Made by a program: the position numbers and the translations under genes. 64,000 nt of DNA from Candidatus Oxydemutator sp. (GTDB taxonomy: Bacteria > Pseudomonadota > Gammaproteobacteria > Poriferisulfidales > Oxydemutatoraceae), in the NCBI GenBank assembly GCA_965203445.1, contig OZ241883.1:2048001-2112000 (forward strand). The letters are read 5' to 3'. The notes under the pieces were generated by a model, which was given only the letters and a program-made list of their open reading frames with translations, did no database searches and was not told where the DNA came from. Positions 1 through 14,300 of the stretch are shown here, piece by piece. The stretch's first letter is position 1, and every line of letters begins with the position of its first letter.

Positions 1-306
1 CATGTTCGTCGGCGACACCGACTGCACGTGAAACACGGCGCGTTGCAGCACGCGCTGAAACGCGCGCGTCTGTTGGATATCGCCGTCGTCGGACGGCTCG
101 AACCTGGGCGTAGACTTGTTGATATAGTTGGTGAGATCAGAGGCGAGTTCACGCAGGTTGACGCCGCACGCGCCCAACACCTCGGCGGCGTCGCGATTGT
201 CTATCAGGCCGAGCAGCAGGTGCTCGACGGTGACGTATTCGTGGTGGTTTCTCGAGGCAAGCTCGAACACCGAATTCAGCGTACGTTCAAGATTTTTGTC
301 GAACAT
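1..306 (-). CDS. clpA: ATP-dependent Clp protease ATP-binding subunit ClpA (N-terminal part, runs off window)
   Basis: Manual minus-strand translation from ATG 306: MFDKNLERTLNSVFELASRNHHEYVTVEHLLLGL...AFQRVLQRAVFHVQS, the ClpA N-domain; directly follows clpS. Confidence 0.9.
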   Translation of the reverse strand, partial: MFDKNLERTLNSVFELASRNHHEYVTVEHLLLGLIDNRDAAEVLGACGVNLRELASDLTNYINKSTPRFEPSDDGDIQQTRAFQRVLQRAVFHVQSVSPTNM

Positions 307-309
307 GGT

Positions 310-669
310 TCAGTCCCGTTCCATCTTGCACAACAATGGATGCTTGTTCGAGCGCGAATAGTCGTTGACCGCGCTCACTTTGGTCTCGGCGATCTCGCGC
401 GTGAACACGCCGCACACGCCCCGGCCCTGCGTATGTATCGCCAGCATCAACTGTACCGCCTTGTCGAGACTCATGCGGAAGAAACGTTGCAGGATGTGGA
501 CGACGAACTCCATCGGCGTGTAATCGTCGTTGATCAACAACACTTTGTACATCGGCGGACGCTTCGGCTTGGTCGCGGCCGGGGCGAGGGCGATACCGCC
601 GGCCTCGTCCACGTCATCCGGTTCGCGGACGTCCTCGCCCGCGCCCTGCAAGACGAATTTCCGTTTCAT
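310..669 (-). CDS. clpS: Clp protease adaptor ClpS
   Basis: [20 protein letters not shown]...[20 protein letters not shown]...HPLLCKME motif. Confidence 0.95.
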   Translation of the reverse strand: MKRKFVLQGAGEDVREPDDVDEAGGIALAPAATKPKRPPMYKVLLINDDYTPMEFVVHILQRFFRMSLDKAVQLMLAIHTQGRGVCGVFTREIAETKVSAVNDYSRSNKHPLLCKMERD

Positions 670-743
670 AGTCAATGGCGCGCCGCTCGCGCGCGGTTCA
701 TATGGATTATTATAGGGATTATGCGGCAGCAGCGCAAAAAAAC

Positions 744-1217
744 ATGGCTTGGCCGTTGCACGTGACGGTGGCCGCCGTCGCCGGCAAGGGCGATTCCTTC
801 CTGCTCGTCGAGGAGCAGGTCGGCGGCAAGCCGCTCTACAACCAGCCCGCCGGTCATCTCGAGGAAGACGAGAGCCTCGTCGAGGCCGTGGTGCGCGAAA
901 CCTTCGAGGAAACCGCGCACCATTTCACGCCGCGGCACGTGGTCGGCGTCTATCAATGGCGGCAACCCGGCGCGCGCGACACCTATATCCGCGTCGCGTT
1001 TATGGGCGACGCGCAAATCGCGGACGATCCGCCGGCGCTCGACGACGGCGTGTTGGGCGCACACTGGATCGACGTCGGGCGAATCCGTGCCCTGCCCGAG
1101 GCGCGTTTCCGCAGTCCCATGGTAAGACGCTGCATCGAGGATTGCGTCGCCGGCCGGCGCTTGCCGTTGGCGGCCGTCGCCTGTTTGAACGAGCACGGAA
1201 AGTCGCGGCGGCGGTGA
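744..1217 (+). CDS. nudJ: NUDIX hydrolase NudJ
   Basis: HVTVAAV...[25 protein letters not shown] Nudix box, RSPMV; upstream of mnmA as usual. Confidence 0.85.
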   Translation: MAWPLHVTVAAVAGKGDSFLLVEEQVGGKPLYNQPAGHLEEDESLVEAVVRETFEETAHHFTPRHVVGVYQWRQPGARDTYIRVAFMGDAQIADDPPALDDGVLGAHWIDVGRIRALPEARFRSPMVRRCIEDCVAGRRLPLAAVACLNEHGKSRRR

Positions 1218-2293
1218 GCACGACGGCCAAGACTATCGTCGGTCTGTCCGGCGGCGTGGATTCGGCCGTCTGCGCGCTGCTGCTGAAGCGCCAGGGCCGC
1301 GACGTGGAGGCGCTGTTCATGAAGAACTGGGACGAGGACGACAACGAGTACTGTCACGCGGCCGAGGACCTGGACTCGGCCCGCGGCGTCGCCGACGCGC
1401 TCGACCTGGTGCTGCACACGGTCAACTTTGCCGCCGAATACTGGGAGCAGGTATTTTGCCGCTTCCTGGACGAGCACCGACGCGGGCGCACGCCGAACCC
1501 GGACGTGCTGTGCAACCGCGAAATCAAGTTCAAGACTTTCGCCGAACACGCGCGCAAGCTTGGGGGCGCGATGATTGCGACCGGCCATTACGCGGGCATA
1601 GGGCGGCAAAACGGCCGCCGCCGGCTGCTCAAGGGCGCGGACGCCGACAAAGACCAATCTTATTTTCTGCATACGTTGGATCAGGACAGCCTCGCCTGCT
1701 CGTTGTTCCCGCTGGCCGAGCTGCACAAACGCGAAGTGCGAAACACGGCCAGGCGACACGGCCTGCGATGCCACGACCGCAAGGACAGTACCGGCATCTG
1801 CTTCATAGGCGAAAGGAGGTTCCGGGAATTCCTGTCGAGGTACCTGCCGCCCGAAAGCGGCGCGATAGTGGATGAGAACGGACGCGAGATAGGACGCCAC
1901 CGGGGCTGCTGGTATTACACGATCGGGCAGCGCAAGGGACTAGGTATCGGCGGCGCCAAAGGCGGCGACGGCCGTGCCTGGTACGTCGCCTCGAAAGACG
2001 TCTGCAACAACGTGCTGACCGTGGTGCAAGGCGAGCGACACCCGCTGCTGTTCCAAAAAACTCTGCGCGCGGGCACGCCGCACTGGATCGATCCCGTTCG
2101 CCCGGCGGTGCCGGGCGAACGGCTTGCGTGCAAAATACGCTACCGCCAAGCCGATCAATCGTGTATCATTACCGAAATAGATGAGAACGCGCTCGAGGTA
2201 AGCTTCGAGCAGCCGCAAAGGGCCGTGACGCCGGGGCAATCCATCGTGTTTTATCGCGGGCGGGAATGTTTGGGCGGGGCGGTTATCGAATGA
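1214..2293 (+). CDS. mnmA: tRNA 2-thiouridylase MnmA
   Basis: SGGVDS, FMKNW, TPNPDVLCNREIKF, ATGHYA, KDQSYFL, KDSTGICFIGER, TPGQ; GTG start overlaps nudJ stop. Confidence 0.96.
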   Translation: MSTTAKTIVGLSGGVDSAVCALLLKRQGRDVEALFMKNWDEDDNEYCHAAEDLDSARGVADALDLVLHTVNFAAEYWEQVFCRFLDEHRRGRTPNPDVLCNREIKFKTFAEHARKLGGAMIATGHYAGIGRQNGRRRLLKGADADKDQSYFLHTLDQDSLACSLFPLAELHKREVRNTARRHGLRCHDRKDSTGICFIGERRFREFLSRYLPPESGAIVDENGREIGRHRGCWYYTIGQRKGLGIGGAKGGDGRAWYVASKDVCNNVLTVVQGERHPLLFQKTLRAGTPHWIDPVRPAVPGERLACKIRYRQADQSCIITEIDENALEVSFEQPQRAVTPGQSIVFYRGRECLGGAVIE

Positions 2294-2389
2294 CGGCGGA
2301 TACCCGCCTTGCCTGCAAGCGATCCTTTGTTTCCTCTATATCTTGCCAAAACAAGTTCTTGAATAGAATATCTGACACAAACCATCACC

Positions 2390-5083
<2,694 letters not shown>

Positions 5084-5143
5084 ACGGGGGCTTAGGGCGG
5101 GCGCCGTGAGACGCCGCTCGTCGGGAGCGCTTACTCAGGCCGC

Positions 5144-6526
5144 TCACTCAGGCTGCTCAGGCCGCGTCAGGGCCGCCGGATTGAGCAGGCGCGCCGCCTC
5201 GGCTTCGGACAGGTCGGTCTCCTCGAGCACGACCTCAAGGATGGGACGCTTCTCGCGGTACGCCTTCTTGGCGATGGCGGCACCCTTCTCATAGCCGATC
5301 AGGCGATTCAGCGCGGTCACCAGGATCGGGTTCTTCGCGAGCGCCGCCCGGCGGCGCTCGTCGTTGACGATGAAGCCGTCCACGGCCTTGTCGGCCAGCA
5401 CCCTGGCGGCGGCGCCCAACAATTCTATGCTCTGCAACAGGTTGTAGGCGATGATCGGCAGCATTACGTTCAGCTGGAAGTTGCCGGACTGCCCGGCCAG
5501 CGTTATGGTCGCGTCGTTGCCGACGACCTGCGCGCAAACCATCGCCACCGCTTCCGGGATCACCGGGTTGACCTTGCCCGGCATGATGCTGCTGCCGGGC
5601 TGCAACGCCGGTAGAGCGATCTCCCCCAGCCCCGCCAGCGGCCCCGAGTTCATCCAGCGCAGATCATTCGATATTTTCATCAGACTCACCGCGATCGTTC
5701 TTAGTTGGCCGCTCATTTCGACCGCGGCGTCCTGGGCGCTCAAGGCCTCGAAACGGTTCGGCTTGATACAAAAGGAAACGCCGGTCTCCCGTGTCAACAG
5801 CTCGCAGAACAATTTCGGGAAATCGCGGTGGCAGTTGACGCCGGTGCCGACCGCGGTGCCGCCCTGCGCCAGTTCCTTGAGGCGCGGCATCGAGGCGTCT
5901 ATGCGCTGTATGCCGTAGTTGACCTGCTGCGCCCAGCCGCTCAATTCCTGGTCGAGGCCGACCGGCATCGCGTCCATCAGGTGGGTGCGCCCGGTCGTGA
6001 CCTTGCCGGCAACGTCTTCCATCCTGGCCTCGATGCGCGCGGCCAAGTGCAGCAGCGCCGGCAGCAGCGCGCTTTCGATCAGCAGGCAGGCGCCGACGTG
6101 TATCGCCGTCGGCACGACGTCGTTCGAGCTTTGCCCGAGGTTCACGTGGTCGTTCGGGTGCACCGCAAGGCCCGTGTTCTGGGTCGCGACGTGGGCGATG
6201 ACCTCGTTGGCGTTCATGTTGAAACTGGTGCCGGATCCGGTCTGGAACACGTCCACCGGGAAGTGGTCGTTGCAGGCGCCGTCGGCGACGCCGCGCGCGG
6301 CCTGCTCGATGGCCTCGGCAACCTCGGGATCGAGCAGTTGCAAGCGCCGGTTGGCGCGCGCGCAGCACAGCTTGATCAGGCCGAGGGCGCGAATAAACGC
6401 ATCCTGCATACGCAGGCCGCTGATGGGAAAATTGTCAATCGCGCGCTGCGTCTGCGCGCCGTAAAACTTGTCCGCCGGCACGCGCAGCTCGCCCATGCTG
6501 TCCTTGACGATGCGATATGAAGTCAC
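5144..6526 (-). CDS. fumC: Class II fumarate hydratase
   Basis: YGAQTQRA, QTGSGTSFNMNANEV, GRTHLMDA, GSSIMPGKVNP; GTG 6526 with AAGGAA RBS. Confidence 0.94.
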   Translation of the reverse strand: MTSYRIVKDSMGELRVPADKFYGAQTQRAIDNFPISGLRMQDAFIRALGLIKLCCARANRRLQLLDPEVAEAIEQAARGVADGACNDHFPVDVFQTGSGTSFNMNANEVIAHVATQNTGLAVHPNDHVNLGQSSNDVVPTAIHVGACLLIESALLPALLHLAARIEARMEDVAGKVTTGRTHLMDAMPVGLDQELSGWAQQVNYGIQRIDASMPRLKELAQGGTAVGTGVNCHRDFPKLFCELLTRETGVSFCIKPNRFEALSAQDAAVEMSGQLRTIAVSLMKISNDLRWMNSGPLAGLGEIALPALQPGSSIMPGKVNPVIPEAVAMVCAQVVGNDATITLAGQSGNFQLNVMLPIIAYNLLQSIELLGAAARVLADKAVDGFIVNDERRRAALAKNPILVTALNRLIGYEKGAAIAKKAYREKRPILEVVLEETDLSEAEAARLLNPAALTRPEQPE

Positions 6527-6744
6527 GTCGTTTCCTTTGTCGGATAAGTGAATTCCTGATGAGATTCCCGATGCCGCGCGCCTCACGCCGCCGGCCGGTG
6601 TCCCCGCGTTCCCGTAGTCGTCAACATTATCACAGGAAAGCCGTTGCGGTCAGCTATTCTCGCCACGTCCTCTTCCGGATGGATGGCTCTGGATGGTTGC
6701 AGTATAATCATCCGCTTGCAGGCGCCCACGTGTGCCCGATTCGG

Positions 6745-8115
6745 ATGACTTTATCGCCACTCACCGCCGTGTCCCCGATAGACGGGCGCTACCACTCCAA
6801 AACCGCCTGTCTCGCCGACATCTTCAGCGAATATGCGTTGATCCGCCACCGCGTGCTGGTCGAGATCGAGTGGCTGAAACTGCTGGCGCGCACCGACGGC
6901 GTCGGCGATCTGGCGCCGTTGTCCGAGGCTGCGCGGGGCCGCCTCGACGCACTGGCGGCAGACTTCGACGAAAACGACTGCGCGCGCGTCAAGGAGCTGG
7001 AAAAATCCACGAACCATGACGTCAAGGCGGTCGAGTATTTCATAAGAGAGAAACTTAAGAAAGACCCGGAGCTATCTGAAACGGAACACTTGGTCCATTT
7101 TGCCTGTACCTCGGAGGACGTCAACTCGGTCGCCTACGGCCTGATGCTCGCCAAGGCGCGTGCCGACGTTCTGCTGCCGCGTCTTAACGCGGTGCGGGAG
7201 GCGCTGCGGGAGCAGGCGCTGCGCTACGCGGCGCTGCCGATGTTGGCGAGGACCCACGGGCAACCGGCGTCGCCTACGACCCTGGGCAAGGAGATCGCGG
7301 TCTTCTGCGAGCGCCTGCGGCGCCCCGTCGAACGCATACGCAACGCGCCGATTGCGGCCAAGATGAGCGGCGCGGTCGGCAACTACGGCGCCCACTACGT
7401 CGCATATCCCGACGTGAATTGGGACGCCGTCACCGCCGCATGGATTTCGTCGCTGGGACTGTACCCCGCGCGCTGCACCACGCAGATCGAACCGCATGAC
7501 TGCCTTGCGGAACTGCTAGACGCCGTCGCCCACAGCGCGCGCATTTTGATAGATTTGTGCCGCGACGTATGGGGTTACGTCGCGTTAGGAGTCTTTGTGC
7601 AACAGGCGGTCGCAGGCGAGGTCGGTTCCTCGACGATGCCGCACAAGGTCAATCCGATAGACTTCGAGAACGCCGAGGGCAACTTCGGTGTCGCCTGCGC
7701 ACTGGCGCGCCACCTTTCGGAAAAACTGCCGATCTCGCGCTGGCAGCGCGATTTGTCGGACTCGACCGTGATGCGCTCGCTCGGCAGCCTGTTCGGGCAT
7801 TACCTGATCGCCGCGGACAGCCTGTGCCGGGGATTGGAAAAACTCGACGCCGACGCGCGGCACCTTGCGACCGAGCTTGCAGCGCACCCGGAAGTGTTGG
7901 GCGAGGCGGTGCAGACCATTTTGCGCAAACACCAGGTCGAGGACGCCTACGAGAAGGTCAAGGCGCTGTCGCGCGGAAAGAAAATCACAAGGCGCGATCT
8001 GGCCGCGGGCATCCGCGAGCTGAAGCTGCCCGACGAGGTCGAGAAAGAATTGCTGGCGCTTGCGCCCGAGGACTGCCTCGGCATTGCCGAGAAACTCGCG
8101 CGCACCGTCGAGTGA
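6745..8115 (+). CDS. purB: Adenylosuccinate lyase
   Basis: LTAVSPIDGRY, TNHDVKAVEY, RTHGQPASPTT, GSSTMPHKVNPIDFENAEGN, SRWQRDLSDS. Confidence 0.96.
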   Translation: MTLSPLTAVSPIDGRYHSKTACLADIFSEYALIRHRVLVEIEWLKLLARTDGVGDLAPLSEAARGRLDALAADFDENDCARVKELEKSTNHDVKAVEYFIREKLKKDPELSETEHLVHFACTSEDVNSVAYGLMLAKARADVLLPRLNAVREALREQALRYAALPMLARTHGQPASPTTLGKEIAVFCERLRRPVERIRNAPIAAKMSGAVGNYGAHYVAYPDVNWDAVTAAWISSLGLYPARCTTQIEPHDCLAELLDAVAHSARILIDLCRDVWGYVALGVFVQQAVAGEVGSSTMPHKVNPIDFENAEGNFGVACALARHLSEKLPISRWQRDLSDSTVMRSLGSLFGHYLIAADSLCRGLEKLDADARHLATELAAHPEVLGEAVQTILRKHQVEDAYEKVKALSRGKKITRRDLAAGIRELKLPDEVEKELLALAPEDCLGIAEKLARTVE

Positions 8116-8346
8116 TTCCCGAATGTCAAATCAAAGCAGAAATGTCCTATTGTTTCCAACGCACAGAGGTCCTATTGTCGGCAGGGCTTAGCGCTTTCGG
8201 GATCCCCCGCCAGCGTCTCCACGGATGATCCGGCGCCGGCTTATGGCCTGAACCGCGACGCCGGCGCGCAACCCTCGGCACTGCTCATCTCCTGCGGCCG
8301 CCGCGAAAAAGGCACCGGGGCAACCTCGGCAATGCCGACCCGTTGC

Positions 8347-11300
8347 CTACGGCGCCGAAAACGTCCTGCACCGACCCTGGTTCCCCGGCGCGAGCATGAA
8401 ACACCGATCGGCGGATAACACCTCGCCGTCGAAGTCCAGATCCGCGTCCACCGCGTAATTGCCGGCCGCGTCCGGGTCGCGGTACGCGCCCGCGCCCAAC
8501 GACCTCAGGTTGTGCACGCGGATCAATACCTCGTCTCGCTCGTCTATCACGCCGTTGCGATCCACGTCGCCCGCGAACATCGCATACGTGCCTTGCCCGA
8601 CTTCGGCCTGCCCGTCCCCGTGCGACTGCGCGAACCGGAAGTCCACGCAGTAGCCGGCGGTGCAGCCCTCGCTGCCGGGCGCCAATGCATTCGCGGATAT
8701 TACCGACAGGTGGTTGCGGTGGTGAACCAACACGTACACTTCCTGACCTTCGGGCAGCTCCGTCTCAAAACGCACGCCGTTCAAGAACAGCGTATCCGCC
8801 GCCGTCGCCGCCTCCTCGTTGATCCCTGCGATACGACCGTCGCGCAACAGCAAACCCGCCGCGCGACCGCCCGTCGTCGGCGCCGATGCCAACGCCGCGT
8901 CCGCGGTCGCGCCGGTGCGCAGCTCCACCAACACCCAGTCCACTATCGTCGAAGTTACGCCGCTCAATCCGAGCTCCTCCCCGACGTGCGGCACCGTCGT
9001 CGCCGCCGGGTAGTTCCACGGAGCCACGTTATAGGGTTGTCGCCTCGGCAAAACGTCTATCAATCCGGTGCTCATGCCACGCGAACCCCCATACGCACCC
9101 TGCAAATACACGCGCGCGTCCACCACCACCAACCTGTCGTCGTTGGCTATCGTTACGACCGTCGAAAACCGGGTCGTGGCAACCGCAACGCTATCGCCCC
9201 GAGTACGCAACAGCTGCAACACCAGCTCCTCCTCCGGTTCTATGACGTAGTCGTCCAACAGGCGCAACCGTATCACCGCCCTCGTCGTGCCCACGGCCAT
9301 CACCACCATGCCGCCATCCTCGTCTCTATAATCGGCACCCGCCGTCGCCGTGCCGCTTACCTGATAATGGATGGTTACGTCCTCGCCGATAACCGCAGTA
9401 GCAGGCGACAAAGCCACCTCGAACCGAAGCTCCACGTCGCTCTCCGTCGTGCGTATATGGGCCGGCGTCGCCAGCATCACCACCGGCACCGACGGCTGCC
9501 TCTGGCGCTGCACGCGGATACTCGTGGTGTTGCCGCCGGGATAACGTATGCTTACACCGCGCAACGCCGGATAATCGAAACGACTCCCGAAATCCCACGG
9601 CGCGTCGTCATTCAACGTCACGACACCCATGGCCGTGCTCGCCACGCCGTCCACGTCCAACTGGTCCCAACCGGCGTAGATGCCCATGGCCGCCGTCGGC
9701 GCGCGCAACTCGATGGACGTCCTGGACGACCGATCCGGCGACGGCTCGTTCTCGCCACAACACGAACTCTGCCCGCTGCGCGCGTGGTCAAAGTAGCTCG
9801 CCTGAACGTCGTATTCGGCCGCGTCGGCTTCATCACGCCCCCCCACCAGGCCGCCCCGGTAGATGCTTGCGCCGTGCGCTCCCCCCGTCACCCTGCCTAT
9901 CGAGTAACTGGCGCTCACCACCGAACCTGCGGCGGCCCGGCCTATCAGACCACCCGAGCGGAGCCCATCCGCGTGCACTCCCACGGCCGCGTAACTCGCC
10001 AATACCGCGCCATAATTGGCACCCGCCAGACCGCCCGTCGCGGAAACACCCTTTACCCTGCCGCCTGTCACGTAACTCGCCGCCACCTTGCCTTCGTTAC
10101 GACCCACCAACGCCCCCGTGTGCATACTGCCGCCACCCACCTCCACGTTCACGTCCCGCAAGCCCACGTTGCGGATCGTGCCGGCGCCGCTTACGGCGCC
10201 GAACAAGCCCGCGTTATCCAACCGTAGCGACGACTGGATACGCAAGTTGCTTACGACGTGGCCGTTGCCTTCAAAAACGGCGGTGTAATACTTTGTCGGA
10301 TTCCCGCCCCCTATCGGCGTCCAGTTCCGCACGCTCGACAAGTCCACGTCGTTCGACAACTCGTAGCCTTTGCAACCGCCCGCGCAAGTCTCGGCCTCGT
10401 CAAAAAACGGAAAGGCCTCGTCGTAGGCAACCACGTCTCCATCAGCCACGCCGCGCAAACCCGCGCCGCCCAAGTCATGGCGGATCGCCGCCAACTGCGA
10501 CGTCGTCGCAACGTTTATCAGATTGTTGCCGTCGGGATCGTAATCCTTCCCGTGCGGGGCGATGACGCTGACGACCGCGGAACTGGCGACGTTCAAGCGC
10601 CGGCGCAACGCGCTCGACGTCACAAATCCGCTCACTCTCACTCGGAACGTCTCTCTCAAATCCGGCGTCCCGTCATCCGCTATACTCACCTGGAAAACCG
10701 CGCTCCTGGTATTGGTCAGGAACAGAAATCCATCCCTGTCCCCGTCAAAATCCGACGCCTCGGCGTGGCCGTCGCCGGCACCGGTGTACTCCACGGACCA
10801 ATTCATCACCAACTGGATGACGCTGGGAACGTCCAACTCTACGATGTACTCCACGTCCTGCCCCTCCGTTACCAGGTCGGCGCCCCGCTGCGACAACGTC
10901 AGCGACACCGGCGGCTGCAAGCGCCGTTGCACGCCGGCACTCGTGGTGTTGCCGGTGGGATAACGCGCGCTCACGCCGCGCAATACCGGATAATCCAAAC
11001 CACTCCCGAAATCCCACGGCGCGTCGTCATTCAACGTCACGGCACCCATGGCCGTGCTCGCCACGCCGTCCACGTCCAGCTGATCCCAACCGGCGTAGAT
11101 GCCCGCGGCCGCCGTCGGCGCGCGCAACTCGATGGACGTCCTGGACGACCGATCCGGCGACGGCTCGTTCTCTCCACAACACGAACTCTGCCCGCTGCGC
11201 GCGCGGTCAAAGTAGCTCGCCTGAACGTCGTATTCGGCGGCGTCGGCTTCATCACGCCCCCCCACCAGGCCGCCCCGGTAGGTGCTTCCTCCACGTGCTC

Positions 11301-14300
11301 CCCCTGTCACCCTGCCTATCGAGTAACTGGCGCTCACTACCGAACCTGCGGCGGCCCGGCCTATCAGACCACCCGAACGGAGCCCATCCGCGTGCACTCC
11401 CACGGCCGCGTAACTCGCCAATACCGTGCCATGATTGGCACCCGCCAGACCGCCCGCCGCAAAAACACCCTTTACGCTGCCGCCTGTCACGTAACACGCC
11501 GCCACCTTGCCTTCGTTACGACCCACCAACGCCCCCGTATGCATACTGCCGCCACCCACCTCCACGCTCACGTCCCGCAAGCCCACGTTGCGGATCGTGC
11601 CGACACCGCTTACGGCGCCGAACAAGCCCGCGTTATCCAACCGTAGCGACGACTGGATACGCAAGTTGCTTACGACGTGGCCGTTGCCTTCAAAAACGGC
11701 GGTGTAATACTTTATCGGATTCCCGCCCCCCAGCGGCGTCCAGTTCCGCACGCTCGACAAGTCCACGTCGTTCGACAACTCGTAGCCTTTGCAACCGCCC
11801 GCGCAAGTCTTGACCTTGTCAAAAAACGGAAAGGCCTCGTCGTAGGCAACCACGTCTCCATCAGCCACGCCGCGCAAACCCGCGCCGCCCAAGTCATAGC
11901 GGATCGCCGCCAACTGCGACGTCGTCGCAACGTTTATCAGATTGTTGCCGTCGGGATCGTAATCCCTCCCGTTCGGGGCGATGACGCTGACAACCGCGGA
12001 ACCGGCGGGGTTCAAACGCACGTTGTCCGGGCCTTGCAAATCGCTTATCCTCACTCGAAACGTCTCTCTCCTCTCCGGCGTCTCGTCCTCCTTTATCCCT
12101 ACCTGGAAAACCGCGCTGGCGGTGCCCGCCAGAACCACCTGCCCGCTCGTCGCACCGTCAAAATCCAACGCCTCGGCGTGGCCTTCGCCTACGCCGGTCA
12201 ACTCCACCGACCAATTCATCGTCACCGCGCCGGCGCCGCGAGTGCTCAAGGTCACCGCGTACTCCGCCTCCTCACCCTCCGATTTTCTTCCGGCGCCCTG
12301 CGACAACGTCACAAATACACCGGCCGCCAGCCGCTGCGCTCGGATGCCGGTGGTGTTGCCGTCGGGGTAACGCTCGCTTACGCCGCGCAGCACCGGATAA
12401 TCCAGATTCGTACCGAAGTCCCACGGGTTGTCGTCGTTCAACGTCAAAACCCCCATCACTGTGCCCGTCGTGTCGTCCACGTTCAGACCGCTCCAGGCGG
12501 CATAAATGCCCTCGGCCGCGACCGGCGAACGCAACTCCCGGCTCGTCCTGACCGCCGTCGCCGACACGTTCGTACCGCCCGATGATAAGCCGCCGCTATC
12601 TCTGTCATAGTAACTGGCCTCTATCGCGGTCGACGCGGCATCGTTTTGGCCCACCAAACCGCCATCGTTACGCGTCGCATGGGGCCAGACAACACGCGCC
12701 AGCCCTACGATTCCTAATGAATAACTCGCTATGATCTTCCCGCCGGGAGCGTTATAACCCACCAGACCACCGGTAGGGGATGCAGCCCCCCTGACGTACG
12801 CGTTGGCGTAACTGGCAATGATCGTCCCCTCATTGCCACCCACCAGACCACCCACGGTCCAACTGCCGATCACGTCTCCCTGATCATCTTCGCCCACCAC
12901 GTAACACGCCGCCACTTTGCCGCCGTAGTTGACCCCCGCCAACCCGCCCGTTGATATGCTGTTCATGTGCACGGCCACTTTCGCGCCCATCAGGCCCACG
13001 TTGCGAATGACACCGCCGGCGCCCAAGCCCCGGAACAAGCCCACAAAGTGCCAGACAACGTTCGGCGCGTTCACTTCCATGTTGCTGATAACGTGGCCGT
13101 TGCCTTCGAACACCGCTTTGTAAAGGTACTTCTCAGGCAGCCGGCCATCCACCCGGGGATCGAGCCCCCCGCCCCCTATCGGTTGCCAGGCCAGGCCCGA
13201 CAAGTCTACGTCGTTCAGCAACTCGTAACCCTTGCAGCCGCCCGCACACGCCCCGATCTCGTCAAAAAACGGAAACGCGCCTTCGTAAGCGGCTACAGCG
13301 GCCACGTCTTCGCCATCCACGCCACCCAGACCCATACCTCTCAAATCATAGCGGATCGCCGACAACTGCGACGTCGTCATAACGTCTATCAGACCGTTGT
13401 CGTCGGCGTCGTAATTTTTGCCATGCGAGGCGATGACGCTGACAACCGCGGAACTGGCGACGTTCAAGCGCTGGCGCAACGCGCCCGACGTCAAAAATCC
13501 GCTCACCCTCACTCGGAACGTCTCTCTCAACTCCGGCCTCACGTCATCCGCTATCCGTACCTGGAAATCCGCGCTGCTGGTATTGGTGAGGACCAGCACC
13601 CCATCCATGTCCCCGTCAAAATCCGACGCCTCGGCGTGGCCGTCGCCGGCACCGGTGTACTCCACGGACCAATTCATCACCAACTGGCTGACGCGACCAT
13701 CCAATTCCACCGTGTATTCCACCACCTGCCCCTCCGTCAACAAGTCAGCGCCCCGCTGCGACAACGTCAGCAACACCTGCGGCTGCAAGCGCCGTTGCAC
13801 GCCGATACCGGCGGCGTTGCCGCCGGGAAAACGCGCGCTCACGCCGCGCAGTACCGGATAATCAAAACCACTCCCGAAATCCCACGGCGCGTCGTCGTTC
13901 AAATCATCGTCATCAAGCTGATCCACGCCGTCCACGTCCAATTTGTCCCAACCGGCGTATATGCCCACGGCCGACGTCGGGGCGCGCAACTGTAAGGACG
14001 TCCTCGACGTATGCGCGTCCGACGACGGCGGCGTCTGGCCGCCACAGCACGATGTCTGCCCGCTGCGCCCGCGGTCGTAGTAGCTTGCCTGAACGTCGTA
14101 TTTGTCGGCATCGCTTTCATTGCGCCTTCCCAACAAGCCGCCCCTTACGGTGCTTCCGCCATAGCGACCCCCGGACACCATACCGACGGAGTAACTGGCG
14201 CTCACCACCGAACCTGCAATGGCTTCGCCTATCAGACCACCCGCCGTGTGGGCGTCCGCATGTACCCCCACGTCCGCGTAACTCGCTATTACCGTGCCAC

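Noticed and set aside
5128-5165. Three CTCAGGC copies at the fumC stop
   Set aside because: Probably local slippage at a gene end; no functional evidence.
8143-8178. GTCCTATTGT direct repeat after purB, and GATTCCCGA on both sides of purB
   Set aside because: Too short to separate from chance, with no associated element.
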